Source: the human T2T-CHM13v2.0 reference genome, Homo sapiens. From it: a stretch of 64,000 nt of DNA. Shown piece after piece: positions 1-13,555 of the stretch. Location: the NCBI RefSeq assembly GCF_009914755.1, contig NC_060927.1; one strand, 5' to 3'. A program made the position numbers and the translations under genes. Under the pieces are notes generated by a model that did not search any database, was not told the DNA's origin, and saw nothing but the letters and a program-made list of their open reading frames with translations. Within the stretch, counting starts at the first letter, position 1, and the number at the start of each line of letters is the position of its first letter.

Positions 1-920
1 TAAGGAGCTATAATGATACTTGGTGCCTACGTCCTATCTCCAGAGATTCTGATTTAATTCAGTCTGGTTTGCAGCCTGGGCTCTTCAGGTAATTTTAATT
101 TAACCCAGCCAAGGTTAGCAACCACTGTGATCTGCTCAATTCAGACAACATTGCTCAATTTTTAGTCTCAAAGCCAGCTTCTTTTCAATATTCTTGGTGA
201 GGTTTTGTGAGAAAGGCTGTCAATGCCCTTCAGCCAAATGTTACCAGAAATACATCTGTAGTTAACAAGTTTTGTTTGTTATTTATTTGTTGCGGTGAAG
301 GAGATGACTCACCATGGGAAACCATGGGGTATATCAGCAAAAGAGTGTTAGAAATAACCTATTAGAGGATCTGCGCTTTGTCTGGGTAATTTTGGAAAAG
401 GTCTATGGAAGTGAGGGTTCACTTTAGGTAAGGTGCTGTCAGAAAGTGAGGACAATTCCGTGATTGAGTATTCAATAAAACTTTACTATAAGGAGGGTAG
501 ACTAGAGCTAAGATACAGCTGTGATGGGCACAGAAGCAGCAGTCACTCATTTTAGCTGAGACTGAGGGTGTTTGGTGTTGTATAGGTTGCACAACAACCT
601 TTGTGTCTCATTTTGCTAAGGTTTGAAGTGACTTTGTCTGATGTTGATGTTCTGTGGGATCATTTATGTCAAAGAGGAGAACAACATTGGCGCAGCTGTG
701 AGCCTAAGGCCAGCCTGGAGCAACATACTGAGTCCTATCTCTGAGTATTAGATCACTTCCTGGATTTGGGGGTTGTTTTGGGTTTTGTGTTTGGTTCTTT
801 TCCTCAAAGGATTTCTAAATTTTTTAATGTTACCTAAACATATCAAGAACTGTAGGTAGACCTGAAGATCTCGAATGTAATATAAGTGACAGAGAAGAGT
901 GAGCTCAGCTATGTCTCTTA

Positions 921-1099
921 ACAGACATTCTCAACCTTGGCCACACATGGAATCACGTGGCAAGTTTTAGAAAATACTGATGTCTTGGTGCCCACCCTCC
1001 AAGGTTAATTTAATTCTTCTGGGGTGCAGCTTGAGTACTGGGAACTCTAAAAGCTTTCCAGTGATTCTAATGAGCAACTGGTGTTTAGAAACACTGCTC
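921..1099. mobile_element. MER5-type hAT-Charlie MITE (a second fragment lies at ~15-128)
   Basis: Recalled MER5 motifs: ttctcaaccttggc..catggaatcac...aaaatactgatg...gtgattctaatg...ttagaaacactg. Confidence 0.6.
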
Positions 1100-1459
1100 C
1101 AGGGGAAGCCCCTGCCATTAGGAAAGAACATTTTGGTCAATTAGTAATATTTGCTCTTAACATCAAACTATTGAGAAAAATATTGTCAATGTCACCTCTT
1201 AACTTGCCCACTCTTATGCCAAGACTAAGCATCCTCGAGTATACAGGCTAGACGAAATAAGGAAAATTATTTTCTGTACCACAGTTACACATTCCTACAT
1301 GCTTTCTGAATTTAATATAGTTAAGAAGTCTATTGTTTTCCAAACTAAGAATACATGTTCCCATGAGCATTTTTATCATTTCTAAAATTATTTAAAAATT
1401 GTAATAAGTGTTTACACATTCAATTATAATAAATTTTTTTTTCAGAAAATAATAAAATT

Positions 1460-3345
1460 GTGCTGTGGTCTGAGAGAGTGGTTATTGTGATTTCAGTTCT
1501 TTTGCATTTGCTGACAAGTGTTCTTTGTTTGACCGTATGGTTGATTTTAGAGTATGTGTCACGTGGCAATGAGAAGAATGTATACTCTTTTGTTTTTGGG
1601 TGAAGAGGTCTGTAGAAGTCTACAGGTTCATTTGAGCCTGCTGAGTTTAGGTCCTGAATATGTTTGTTAATTTTCTGCCTTGATGATCTGTCTAAAACTG
1701 TCAGTGGGATGTTGAAGTCTCCCACTATTATTATGTGGGAGTGTCAGTCTCTTTGAAAGTCTCTAAGAACTTGCTTTATGAATCTGGGTGCTCCTGTGTT
1801 GAGTGGATATATATTTAGTTAGGTATTGTTAAATTGAACCCTTTACCATTATGTTATTACCTTCTTTTCCTTCTTTTTTTTTTTTTTTGATCTTTGTTGG
1901 CTTAAAGTCTGTTTTGTCTGAAATCAGGATTGCAACCCTTGCTTTTTTCTGTTTTACATTGGCTTGGTAGTTTTTCTCCATCCATTTCTTTCGATCTTGC
2001 ATGTGAGATGGGTGTCTTGAAGACAGCATACCATAGGGTCTGGGTTCTTTATTCATCCTGACACTCTGTGCCTTTTAATTGGGGCAGTTAGCCCATTTAC
2101 TTTCGAGGTTAGTATTGATACATGTGGATTTGATCTTGTCAGCATGATGTTAGCTGGTGATTATGCAGACTTGACTGTGTGCTTGCTTTACAGTGTCACT
2201 GGTCTGTGTACTTAAGTGTGTTTTTGTAGTGGCTGGTAATGGCAACATCATTCTTGACATAGGAGTGGGCTAAGGTTTCACGACAAAGACATCAAAAGCA
2301 ATCACAACAAAAGCAAAAATTAACAAATGGGATCTAATTAAACTAAAGAGCTACTGCACGCAAAAGAAACTATCAACAGAGTAAATAGATAACCTACAGA
2401 ATGGGAGAAAATTTTTGCAAACTATGCTTCTGACAAAGGTCTAATATCCAGCATCTATAAGGAACTTAAAATAATCTACAAGAAAAAACAACCAGCCCCA
2501 TTAAAAAGTAGGCAAAGGACAAGACACTTCTAAAAAGAAGACATACATGCTGCCAACAAGCATATGAAAAAAAAAGCTTAACATCACTGATCATTAGAGA
2601 AATGCAAATCAAAACCACAAGGAAGGTACCATTTCACACCAGTCAAAATGGCTCCTATTAAAAAGTCAAAAAATAACAGATGCTGACAAGGTTGTGGAGA
2701 AAAAGGAATGCTTATACACTGTTGGTGGGAATGTAAATTAGTTCAACCACTGTGGAAAACAGTGTGGTGATTCCTCAAAGACCTAAAAACAGATCTAACA
2801 TTTGACCCAGCAATCCCATTACGGGGTATAAACACAAAGAAATGTAAACTGTTCTATCATAAAGACATATGCATGCGTACATTCATTGCAGTACTGTTCA
2901 CAAAAGCAAAGTCATAGAATCAACCCAAATGCCCATCAATGGTAGACTAGATAAACTAAATGTGGCACATATACACCATGAAATACTATGCAACCATAAA
3001 AAAGAATGAGATCATGTCCTTTGTAGGAACATGGATGGAGCTGGAAGCCACTATTCTTAGCAAACTAATGCAGGAACAGAAAACCAAATACTGCATGTTC
3101 TCACTTATAAGTGGAAGCTAAATATTCAGAACACGTGGACACATAGAGGGGAATACACTGGGGCCTACTTGAGGGTAGATGGTGGGAGGAGAGAGAGGAT
3201 CAGGAAAAATAACTAATGGGTGCCAGGCTTAATAGCTGGGTGATTAAATAATTTGTACAACAAATCTCCATGACATGAATTTACCCATATAACAAACCTG
3301 CACATGTATCCCAGAACATGAAAGTTAAATTATAATCACATTAAT
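1460..3345 (+). mobile_element. Older L1PA-type LINE-1 with inverted 5' segment (1460-~2242 minus; ~2243-3345 plus, ORF2 end and 3'UTR)
   Basis: Minus-strand ORFs 1420..1725 and 1829..2056 encode L1 endonuclease motifs (GDFNIPL, ILISDKTDFKPTKIK, LSDH). The plus part is the L1 3' end. AATAATAAAATT occurs at 1448-1459 and 3346-3357 (TSD). Confidence 0.85.
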
Positions 3346-3555
3346 AATAATAAAATTACCACGAATCCTGTTTACTCTTAAATTCAGAGATATATATGAT
3401 CAAATTCAACACAATTTATCTCTCTGGCTATGCATATGTGATAAATACCATTTGGCTTCCCCAACCTCTACTCCAAAATCTCATAAGAAATCTCTATTTG
3501 AGAATAGATGTCATCTTAAAATAGTTTTAAAAATACTAACATTACTGTAGCTTAA

Positions 3556-3901
<346 letters not shown>

Positions 3902-4045
3902 ACAGGTTTTCAATATAATTAGAACTCTTCATCTTAAGCTGACTTTTGACAGCTTTGTAAAAGTCTGTGAGTCCAAATCCCATTAAAGAAAAAAATATTG
4001 GTTTATCACATAGGTCCTCTGCATTAATTTAACAATAAGTTAGTT

Positions 4046-4356
4046 GACTGAGCACAGTGGCTCACGCCTGTAATCCCAGCACTTTGGGAGGCCTAGGCGG
4101 GTGGATCACTTGAGATCAGGAGTTCGAGACTAGCCTGGCCAAAATAGTGAAACTGTCTCTACTAAAAATACAAAAAAAAAAAAAAAAAAAATTAGCCAGG
4201 TGTGGTGGCACATGCCTGTAATCCCAACTACTTGGGAGGCTGAGACAGGAGAATCAATTGAAGAGGCAGAGATTGCAGTGAGCCTAGATTGTGCCACTGC
4301 ACTCCAGCTTGGGTGACAGAGTGAGACTCTATTTCAAATATATATATATATATATC
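4046..4356 (+). mobile_element. AluS with expanded A linker and (TA)n tail
   Basis: Alu dimer sequence. Confidence 0.9.
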
Positions 4357-5150
4357 TCTCATGTTAGCTAATATCTCAATTCTCTTTGTGTGTGGAGGAA
4401 ATTAATGACTGCCCTCTCAAAAATGACATGAATTTGTCCTTGTCAGTCAGCCAGCATTGAGAAATTTTGTCTCATGAACCGTAAGTCACACTAATTTACC
4501 ATGTTACTGAACATGGAAACAGTCTTCTTCCTTCAGATTGGAACGTTTTGCAAGAATTAGGTGAAGAAAGCATCCTGAAGAGGGCACTGTGGGATCTCAG
4601 TAATCTTCACAGCTACAAAGCTCATGCTTAATGGTTTATTTTATATTGATACCAGAGGCTGGATTGTCTCCTTAGTAAACTCTCCTACCACACAACGCAG
4701 ACATCTTACTGACTCTGAAGGTGGGTGGGCTATTGCCCTCCTAATGCCCCTCCACTCAGAATGAGCCCTTCCTCCAGCTCAAGATCAGCTCCACACACCT
4801 GAGGCGATTCCCTGAACCAGTGAGCTTTCCCCTAGGGCTGGACTTTTCAGTTTCAGTAACGCAAAGGGAACACATGCCACTGGATAGTTCACAAAGAGTT
4901 GATGTAAAAAGCATAATGGAGGAGGGGAAGCAGCTAAGGGGTAGAAGTTCAAACCGAGAGGCTAGCTGATCTTTGGGAAAGTGTTCCATGGTCTGCCACA
5001 AGAAAGGCAGAAGCGCCAAGAGGGAGTGGCTGAATCTCTAGCAGGAAAACAGTGGGAGCCTTTGTTCATCTAGGAGGCGAGACTGAGAGAGAAAGTACCA
5101 GTAGGAAAGGTCAACTTCCAGAAAAGGAAACTAGAGACTGGAGAGCTCAC

Positions 5151-5270
5151 CATCCGGAGCCTCAGGAGGAGTATCCCGTGGTGTGCAAGTGAGAAGTGGG
5201 GGGCAGCTATTTCGCTCACAGCCAAACAGCCCAGACCAACTGCAACCTCACTGACAGTTACTTGCTCCAA
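5151..5270 (-). other. SLC9C1: Probable non-coding first exon of SLC9C1 (sperm Na+/H+ exchanger); TSS approximate
   Basis: Minus-strand donor GATG|GTGAGC at 5151/5150 in unique sequence, with promoter motifs just upstream. The gene name is inferred from recalled divergent SLC9C1-CD200 order at ~39 kb spacing; no coding sequence is in the window. Confidence 0.5.
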
Positions 5271-5350
5271 ACTCGCCCCTAGTCTGCACCGGTTAGCTTC
5301 AGGCCCATCATCTCTTACTTGATTGGCTGATGAAATGCAACGTCATTGCT
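5235..5350 (-). promoter_or_regulatory. Candidate germ-cell promoter: MYB-type sites, CCAAT box, CRE half-site
   Basis: CAACTG 5237-5242, CAGTTA 5255-5260, CGGTTA 5290-5295, ATTGG (CCAAT on minus) 5322-5326, ACGTCA (TGACGT on minus) 5340-5345. Confidence 0.45.
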
Positions 5351-6286
5351 CCTGTATATCTCAGGCATTTGACGGCTTAAGGCTTTGTTTTATTTTTTAA
5401 AAATAAACAAATAAGGGGTGAAAATGAACCTACAGAAATTGCGCCATTGTGTTAATTTAAGACTTTGGGACAGTGGATTTCTGACAAAGAGCTGTTGGAC
5501 ACTGCTTTCCCAGAATTCTAGTAAAAGGAAGTTTCCTGGATAAGATAGTGTGGTAGAGATATGAGGACGCAGGTTGCTGGGTTAGGGAAAAAGTGAATGG
5601 ATATTGTGGGCATGTAAGAGAATGAAATCAAGATGACAAGGTGAACTTTCACTCTGGGTTATATGTGAGGAAATTTTCAGGAATAATGATATACTCATTT
5701 GTTTTTTCTAAACATAATATGTAAAAAATATTTTAATTGAAATTACTTAGTTATTACTATAGAGCCAACTTTTCACATTCCTACTCTCATAAAATATCTT
5801 AAAGTTATTTAAAATTGTATTTAATGTTTTGTTCTCTGTGTTTCATCTCTTTCTCCCGACCCACACGTTTATAAGTGAATGGTGGTAAAATTCCCAACTC
5901 TTCATTTGGCCTCCTCTGATACTACCCTGATGAAGAAGGCAGGAGGCAACTTGTTTGGCTGGGTTGGAGCAGAAGTCCAGGCTCCCTACATGGTCTCCAA
6001 CTGAGGCATGGGGTGCATCTTTATGGCCTGGTTGTTATGGAAGTTCCAGCTCCCACAAGGCCTTTTCTGATACTGCTCTGGTTGGGGTGGGGAAACAGGC
6101 AGGGTTCTGGCATCTTGTATGGTATGGGTGAAGTTTAAGCTTCCTACTCAGTCTTTGCTGGTATGTGGGTACAGGGAGTGGGTGAACACTTTTCTGTGGT
6201 GTTTGGTTAAAGTAGAGCAGTTACTGGTGAAATTTTCTGTCTTGCTGGGCTGCCCCTTTTCTTGGGTCTTTAAAAAATCTATTCTC

Positions 6287-6661
<375 letters not shown>

Positions 6662-6847
6662 TTAAGTTGCAAAGCTAATATTTGCCACATTATGTATTTG
6701 TTTATATACATATGTCTTGCTAAGTTTATATATATATATATATATATATAAATAAAACAGGAAATGTAAATGTTGTCTAATATTTCTCTTTAGCAATATA
6801 CTCTAATGACCACACACTGGACATCCTTGTAATCCAGAATCATTCAC

Positions 6848-7135
6848 CTTTTTTTTCTAAGAGATGGGATCTCACTCTGTCACTCAGGCTGGAAGGTAGT
6901 GGTATGACCATAGCTCCCTGCTACCTTAAACTTCTGGGCTCAAGCAGTCCTCACACCTGAACCTCCCAAGTATTTGGGTGAATACTTCTACAGGCATGTC
7001 ACCACACCTAATTTTTTAATTCTTTTTGTAGAGATGGAGTCTTGCTATGTTGCCCAGGCTGGTCTCAAACTCCTGGCCTCAAGCCATCCTCTCCTCAGCC
7101 TCCCAAAGTCCTGGGATTATAGGCGTAAGCCACCT
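6848..7135 (-). mobile_element. AluJ
   Basis: Diverged Alu dimer in reverse orientation. Confidence 0.85.
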
Positions 7136-7940
7136 CCCATGGTATCAGTGGAGACCATGCAGGGAGCAGTAATAGGACACCCTTCTCTTTCCCATCCAGG
7201 GGGCTATCATCAGAGACCTAGTGAAGAGCCTGAAGCCCCACTCCTACCTAAGCAGTAAGAAGACACCCCTTCTTCGGCTGTGTGTCAATGAAGACTGAGT
7301 AGAGAACTTGAGCTTTTATTCCAACTTGCCTACAAGAGGTGACCCCACTTCTCCTGCCAGAACAGTGTCAGAGGATGCCTGGTAAAACCCAGGATTTAAA
7401 TAAGATCCAGTATCTTATAATATCTGCAATGTCCAAATAGAAATTGAAAATCGCTCATCATACCAAGAACCAAGGTGATCCCAACTTGAATGAGAATGGA
7501 CAATAAAAGACACCAACCCTAAGATTACAAAAATGTTAGAATTATCTAAAAAGGATTTTAACATAGCCATCATAAAAATATTTCAGCAAATGCTAATAAT
7601 TATGAACAGTATTGAAATAGATGAAAAAATAGAAAGTCTGGGCAAAGAAGTAAAGTTCCAGGGAAAAAAATAGGTGATATAAAGGGAAGCCAAATGAAAA
7701 TTACAGATGCAAAAAATACAACAACAAATTCTAAAAAAAAAAAAAAAATCAGCAAATGGACTGCCTTGCACTTCTCTTGTTAAACTTATTCCTGGTCATT
7801 TAATTCTTTTTTTTTTTCCTTGCAATCACAATGGAACTGGGTTTTTAATTTTATTTTTGCATTATTCATTGCTAGTGTATAGAAGTACAACTGATTTTTC
7901 TGTATTAATCTAGTATTCTATAACCTTGGTGAACTCATTT

Positions 7941-7995
7941 ATAGGTCAGTGCCAAAGTAATGGCAAAAACCGCAACTACTCTTGCACCAACCTAA
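7941..7995. mobile_element. MADE1 (Hsmar1 MITE), internally deleted
   Basis: taggtcagtgccaaagtaat...ggcaaaaaccgcaactactcttgcaccaacctaa: mariner terminal inverted repeats. Confidence 0.85.
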
Positions 7996-8311
7996 TATTA
8001 GCTCTAATAGGCCTTTTGTAGATTTTTAGGGGTTTCCGTATATAGGGTCATGTCATCTGCAAATAGATATACTTCACTTCTTGTTTTCCAAACAGTATCC
8101 CACTCCATCCCCCACCTTTTAAAAAATCTTGCCTAATTGGCCTGGCTGGAATTTCAAATACACTGTTTAATAGAAGTAGGGAGAACAGACATTCTTGTCT
8201 TGTTCCTGATCTTAGGGAAAAACTTTTTCACCATTAAGTATGCTGTTAGCTGTGGGTTTTTCATACATGACCTTTATTGATTCAAAGTAGTTTCTTTCTA
8301 TTACTAGGGGG

Positions 8312-8483
8312 TTTTTTTGTTTTGTTTTTTGTTTTTAGTGTTTTTTTGCTTGTTTGTTTGGTTTTTTCTTTTTTTTTTTTGAGACGGAGTCTCGCTCTGT
8401 CGCCCAGGCTGGAGTGCAGTGGTGTGATCTCGGCTCACTGCAAGCTCCGCCTCCTGGGTTCATGCCATTCTCCTGCCTCAGCT
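8312..8483 (-). mobile_element. 5'-truncated AluY (part of right arm) with long degenerate tail
   Basis: T-rich tail followed by gagacggagtctcgctctgtcgccc...cctcagc. Confidence 0.85.
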
Positions 8484-9844
8484 TTTTAATCATATAAAGG
8501 TGTTAGATTTTGTCAATTGCTTTGTCTGCATGTATTGAGATTATCAAAAGCTTTTCTCCCTTATGGTGCATTACCTTGATTTTCATTTGTTGAACCAAAC
8601 CTACATTCCTGAGATAAATCCCACTTGAACGACATGTAAATTTCTTTTTTATATGCTGCTGGGTTCAGCTTACTAGCATTTTACTGAGGATTTTTGCATC
8701 TACACTCTCAAGAGATAATGATCTATAGTATTTTCTTGTGAATTTTTTGTCTGGCTTTGGTATCAAAGCCTCAAAAACTGAGTTAATAACTGTTTCCTTC
8801 TCTTCTACTTGTTGCTGTTATTGTTATTGTTAGGATTTGTGAAGAATTTGTGTTACCTCTTTAAGCATTTGGTAGAATTCACCAGTGAAGCCATCTGGTG
8901 GCTTCTTTTTTGTAACACATTTTTTGATTACCAACTCAATTTTGTTACTTGTTATAGTTATATTTACATTATCTATTTTTAGTCAGTTTTGCTTGTTTCA
9001 TTTTCTATTTCTCCCTCCACATCTGCTCTAATCTTTATTGTTTCCTTCCTTTGCTGGTTTTGAATTCAGTTTGCTCTTCTTGCTCTAGTTTCATAAGGTG
9101 GAAGATTAAGTTATTGGTTTGAGATTCTTCTTTTTATTGACTATATCTATATATATTTATGATGTGCAATGTGGTGTTTTGATATGTGTATATATTGTGG
9201 AGTAATTAAATCAGGCTGATTAACATATCTATCCCTTCACACATTTATTATTTTTTGTATGTGTAGGTGATATACTTAAAAATCTATTCTCTTAGGAATT
9301 TTAAATTTATACACTGTATTATTAACTATAGTCACTATGTTGCACGATAGATCTCGGGAACTTATTGCTCCTGTTCAACTGAAAGTTTGTACCCTTTGAC
9401 CAACGTCACTCTATTTCCTTTTTCCTCCATCCTCAATCCCCTAGTAAACACCATTCTAATCTCTACATTTTCATTTCTCTACCCCCTCCACATATAATGC
9501 TATTGATATCAGTTTACATCTTTTACACATTATTTCCATGACCAAATTTTTGTAGTTATAGTAATTTTTAATACTTAAAAAATCTTTTACACTGGATCAA
9601 GTCTAATTTATGTGCCACCTTTACAGTATTTAGCATATCCTAAATTTGACTATATTCTTACCTTTATACTGAGTTTTGTACTTTTATGTTTTCATGTTAT
9701 TAGCATTATTTTGTTTCAACTGAAATAACTCCCTTTATCATTACATGTAAGGCAGGTGTCGTGGTGGGTGAACTCCCAAAGCTTTTTTATATGGTTACTA
9801 AAGTCATTTAGATGTTCTACAATGTTTTCTTTTAAAACACTGTA

Positions 9845-10133
9845 TTTTGCACTTTGGGAGACCAAGGTGGGAGGGTTGCTTGAGTCCTGGAGTTTGAGGC
9901 CAGCCATGGCAATACAGTGAGACTTCATTTCTACAAAAACTTTAAAAATTAGACAAGCATGGTGGTACATATCTACAGTCTCAGCTACTTGCTACTCAGG
10001 AAACTGAGGTGGGAGAATCACATGAGCCCAGGAGGCAGAGGTTGCAGTGAGCTGAGTTTGCACCACTGCATGCCAGCCTGGATGACAGAGCAAGAGCTTA
10101 TCTCAAAAAAACAAACAAACAAACAAACAAAAA
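9845..10133 (+). mobile_element. AluJ
   Basis: Diverged Alu with (CAAA)n tail. Confidence 0.85.
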
Positions 10134-12173
10134 AGCTGTGTTTTATCTTCACATTTAAATCTTCAGTGCATTTGAAATAGGTTTTTGTCTCCAGTCTTAG
10201 GTAGGGGTCAATATATAATATATAATTTTTCCACATGGATATTCAATTGACACAGCATCTTTTATTGGAAAGATCATTTTTCTCTAATCTGATACACTGT
10301 TTTATTTGTATATATATCTATCTATCTATATATATATATATATCAGGTGACTATATTTGTGTGTCTTTTTCTGAATCACTATTGTATTGTATTTTCTTAT
10401 CCTTAAATCAATATCACATTGTATTACTTTAGCTTTATATCTGGAACAGAGGTAAGTCTTATGTTCGTTATCTTGGCTTTTTCAGAATCAGCTTGTCAAT
10501 TTTCACAATTAAAAATTTTTTAAAAACTGGTTGAATTTTGATTAGGTTTGTACTGAATCGAAAAATTAGCTTGGAGAGAACTGACATCTTTATGCCTTTC
10601 CCTGTGTATGAATATGTTATATCTTTCCATTTATTTAAGTCTTTAATTTTCTCAGAAATATTTTGCAGGTTTTAGTGGAGAAGTCTTATAAATCTTTTAA
10701 TGTATTTTTTTGTACAGATACTTTTATTTCTTTTTATTTTGGAGATGAGCTGTTGTAAATGCTATATTCAAGTGTTTGTCTTCTATGAGCTTATTGAAGA
10801 TATATAGAAAAACAATGCTTTTTTTTAAAGATACTATTTTTTAGAACAGTTTTAGGTTTATAGAAAAATGGAAAAGATAGTACAGCATTCTTATGTACTC
10901 CCTTCTCTAGTTTTTTTTCTATTATTGACATCATACCTTAGCATGATACGTTTCTTAAAATTAATAGACCAAATTCAATACATTTTTCATAACTAAAGTT
11001 CACAGTCCATTCTGATTTCCTTAGTTTTTACCTAATGTCTTTTTCTATACCAGAGTGCCAACCAGAATATCGCATTGCATTTACTTGTCATGTCTACTTA
11101 GGCTTCCCTTGGCTCTGATAATTTCTCAGAATTTCCTTGTTTTTGATGACTTTGACTATTTTGAGGAGTCAAGTATTTTGTAGAATTACCCTCTCTCAGA
11201 GCCTGTCTGATGTTTTTCTCATTATTAGACTGGGGTTATGGGTTGGCAGAAAGTCCACAGAGGTAAGGTACCATTTTCATCACATCTTGTCAAGTGTGTG
11301 CACTGTCAATTCTTATGTTTGCATAGATACACTTATAATACAGTTAGATTTTCAGGTTAAAGTCTGCACTCCTTGGAATTCCTAAATTTCTTTTTCTCAT
11401 ATCTTAAGGTAGAAGCTTATTGATTTAAATCTTTCATCTTTTCTAATATATGCATTTAGTGCTATATATTTTTCCTCTGAACACTGCTTTTACTGCATCT
11501 TACAAATTTTGATAAGTAGTATTTTTATTTTCATTTAGTTAAAATATTTTTAGGGTTTTTTTTGAGATTTCCTATTTAACCCATATGTTATTTAGAAATA
11601 TATTGTTTAATATCCAAATATTTGGGGACTTTCCGTTTATCTTTTTGTTATTTCTAGTTTAATCCCATTGTGGTCTGAGAACACATTTTGTATGTTAAAG
11701 TGTTGTTTTAACTCCCAGAATGAGTTCTAGGTTGGTTAACGTCCTGTGTGAATTTGAAAAGAATAAATATTCTGGTGTTTTTGGATAAAGTGATCTTAAT
11801 GATATTAAGTTGATTGATAGTGTTTTCAGGTCAATTACATCCTTCCTGATCTCTTGGCAGCTTGATCTATTAAGGGATGTTGAAGTCTCTGGCTACAATA
11901 GATTTGTCTGTTTTTCCTTGTGGTTCTATCAGTTTTTGCCTCACATATTTTTAACATCTACTGTTAGGCACATACATATTAAAAATTATTGTCTTCTTAG
12001 AGAATTAACCCCTTTATTGTTACATGATGCCCTCTTCTATCCCTGAAAATTTTTCTTGTTTTGAAATCTGCTTTGTCTAAAGTTAATATAGCTACTGCAA
12101 CTCTCTTTTGATTAGTGTTAACATGGTATTTTTTTTGGCTCCTTTACTTTAAATTTATCTGTGTCTTTATATA

Positions 12174-12313
12174 CAGTCATTCCTTGGTATCCATGGGAGA
12201 TTGCTTGCCTTCTCCCCAGTACTCTACACTACTGTAGAGATGAGGGCTCAAGTCACTTATATAAAATGGTGTAGTATTTGCATATGACCTACATACATTC
12301 TATCATATACTTT
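12174..12313 (+). mobile_element. MER2 (Tigger-family MITE), left part
   Basis: TA|cagtcattccttggtatccatggg...ataaaatggtgtagtatttgcatat...catatacttt; aligns to the intact copy at 48825-49151. Confidence 0.85.
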
Positions 12314-12912
12314 GTTTTAAACATTTTTTATAACATTAATATTTATTGCTTTATATGAATACTGTATTGAAAGCCCAAGCATTCCATTTACTCACAGAAA
12401 CTGTACAATTATATATTACTTCATAAATGCAATGAACACATTACAGTCTACAAAATCAGAAATTACAGAAGTTTAAAAATTCTGAGTATCAAATAATACA
12501 GATGAAGAAATAGACATAAATATGTCAGCCCATAATTTTGACAAAGAAATTGTAGCCTCCCTGACTTTAAATATGTGAATTTGAAAATACTGAGTTTGGA
12601 GTAATCATTGTGCTTTGTGTTGGTCTAAAAAATATAACACTGGCTGTCAAATCAGCATGTCTGAAAATATTTAATTCACTTCCAAATGTCATACAAATTA
12701 TTGTGGCTTCTATGTACCCTAAGGCTTCAGTCATTTAGCTCAGGTACATTACTAAAAGTAATATATCAATTCTTCCAGTACAGTGATGTTTCACATCATT
12801 CACATTTGCATACTCTGGAATAAAATAGAAAGTAATGTGTTATATTCAAAATATTCAGAAAAGCAAGCAAAAGGTCAAGGAAACTGCTGGTTATTCTGAA
12901 ATAATCTTGTGT
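12314..12912 (-). pseudogene. PPP4R2 processed pseudogene, distal 3'UTR part with decayed poly(A)
   Basis: T-rich tail ~12311-12329 and AATAAA on minus at 12342-12347; lies inside the split MER2 and continues past the provirus TSD. Confidence 0.7.
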
Positions 12913-13533
12913 TGAGGTGAGAAATTAAAGAAAAATAAAATTAAAAAGAGAAAAAAGTTTTCCTGTTTTAGGCTAACTTGTCCAAGAGGCAGCAACAGGC
13001 ACAGCCCAGACCTAGGAAAAGTCTTGATAATATTATCTAATGTGCTCTGGAGACTCTCCCAGCACCCCCTCAACACAGGGAGAAGAAAAACAAATTTTCC
13101 TTTGCTTTATGGAATGAGTTTATAGATTCTTGTTGTCTGTAACTAGTGACTTTAAGTATTCTGTTTTATCTAAGAAGTACAAAAAAAGTCATGAGAAGCC
13201 TGAGTAGGCCTGAACTACAGCTGCCTGGGCCCCACAGTGAAGGTTATAGGATAAGCCCCTGCACAGGCAAACCTAGATAAGGAACATCTGGGTTGCTTGG
13301 CAACGGTCATATGCAATCCTGTCTTTGTCCTGCCTCTGGATCCCTCCTTTCATGCCACTGTAAGCTTGCTTCAAGCTAGCCCACCCCGTTTTGTGAAGTG
13401 TGTATGAAAGTCAGGTGCTGTCTTTGTTCTGGGCCCAGCCTTTTGGACATGAGTCAGCTGGGCCTGAGTGCACTCAATAAAGATTCTCCTGTTTCAACCC
13501 AAGGTCTCTCTCGTCCTCCTGAATCCCGCAACA
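12913..13533 (+). repeat. 5' LTR (probably LTR4-type)
   Basis: TGAGG...CAACA; AATAAA near 13476; roughly 6-7% divergent from the 3' LTR by eye. Confidence 0.92.
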
Positions 13534-13537
13534 TTTC

Positions 13538-13555
13538 TGGTGAGTCAGCCAGGAG
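13538..13555 (+). promoter_or_regulatory. Primer-binding site, tRNA-Arg
   Basis: TGGTGAGTCAGCCAGGAG versus recalled tRNA-Arg(ACG) 3' complement TGGCGAGCCAGCCAGGAG (2 mismatches), 4 nt after the LTR. Confidence 0.85.

Larger units (their letters stand above)
7760..12171 (-). mobile_element. Mosaic of old L1M fragments (ORF2 and 3' ends) interrupted by Alus and MADE1
   Basis: Reverse L1 motifs such as gtcatgtcatctgcaaataga, tggtagaattcaccagtgaagccatctgg and ccattgtggtctgagaac. The last L1 piece continues at 20807 after the nested insert. Confidence 0.7.

Noticed and set aside
239-806. Possible ancient LTR (TG...CA bounded)
   Set aside because: Looks LTR-like, but I could not assign a family or find a TSD.
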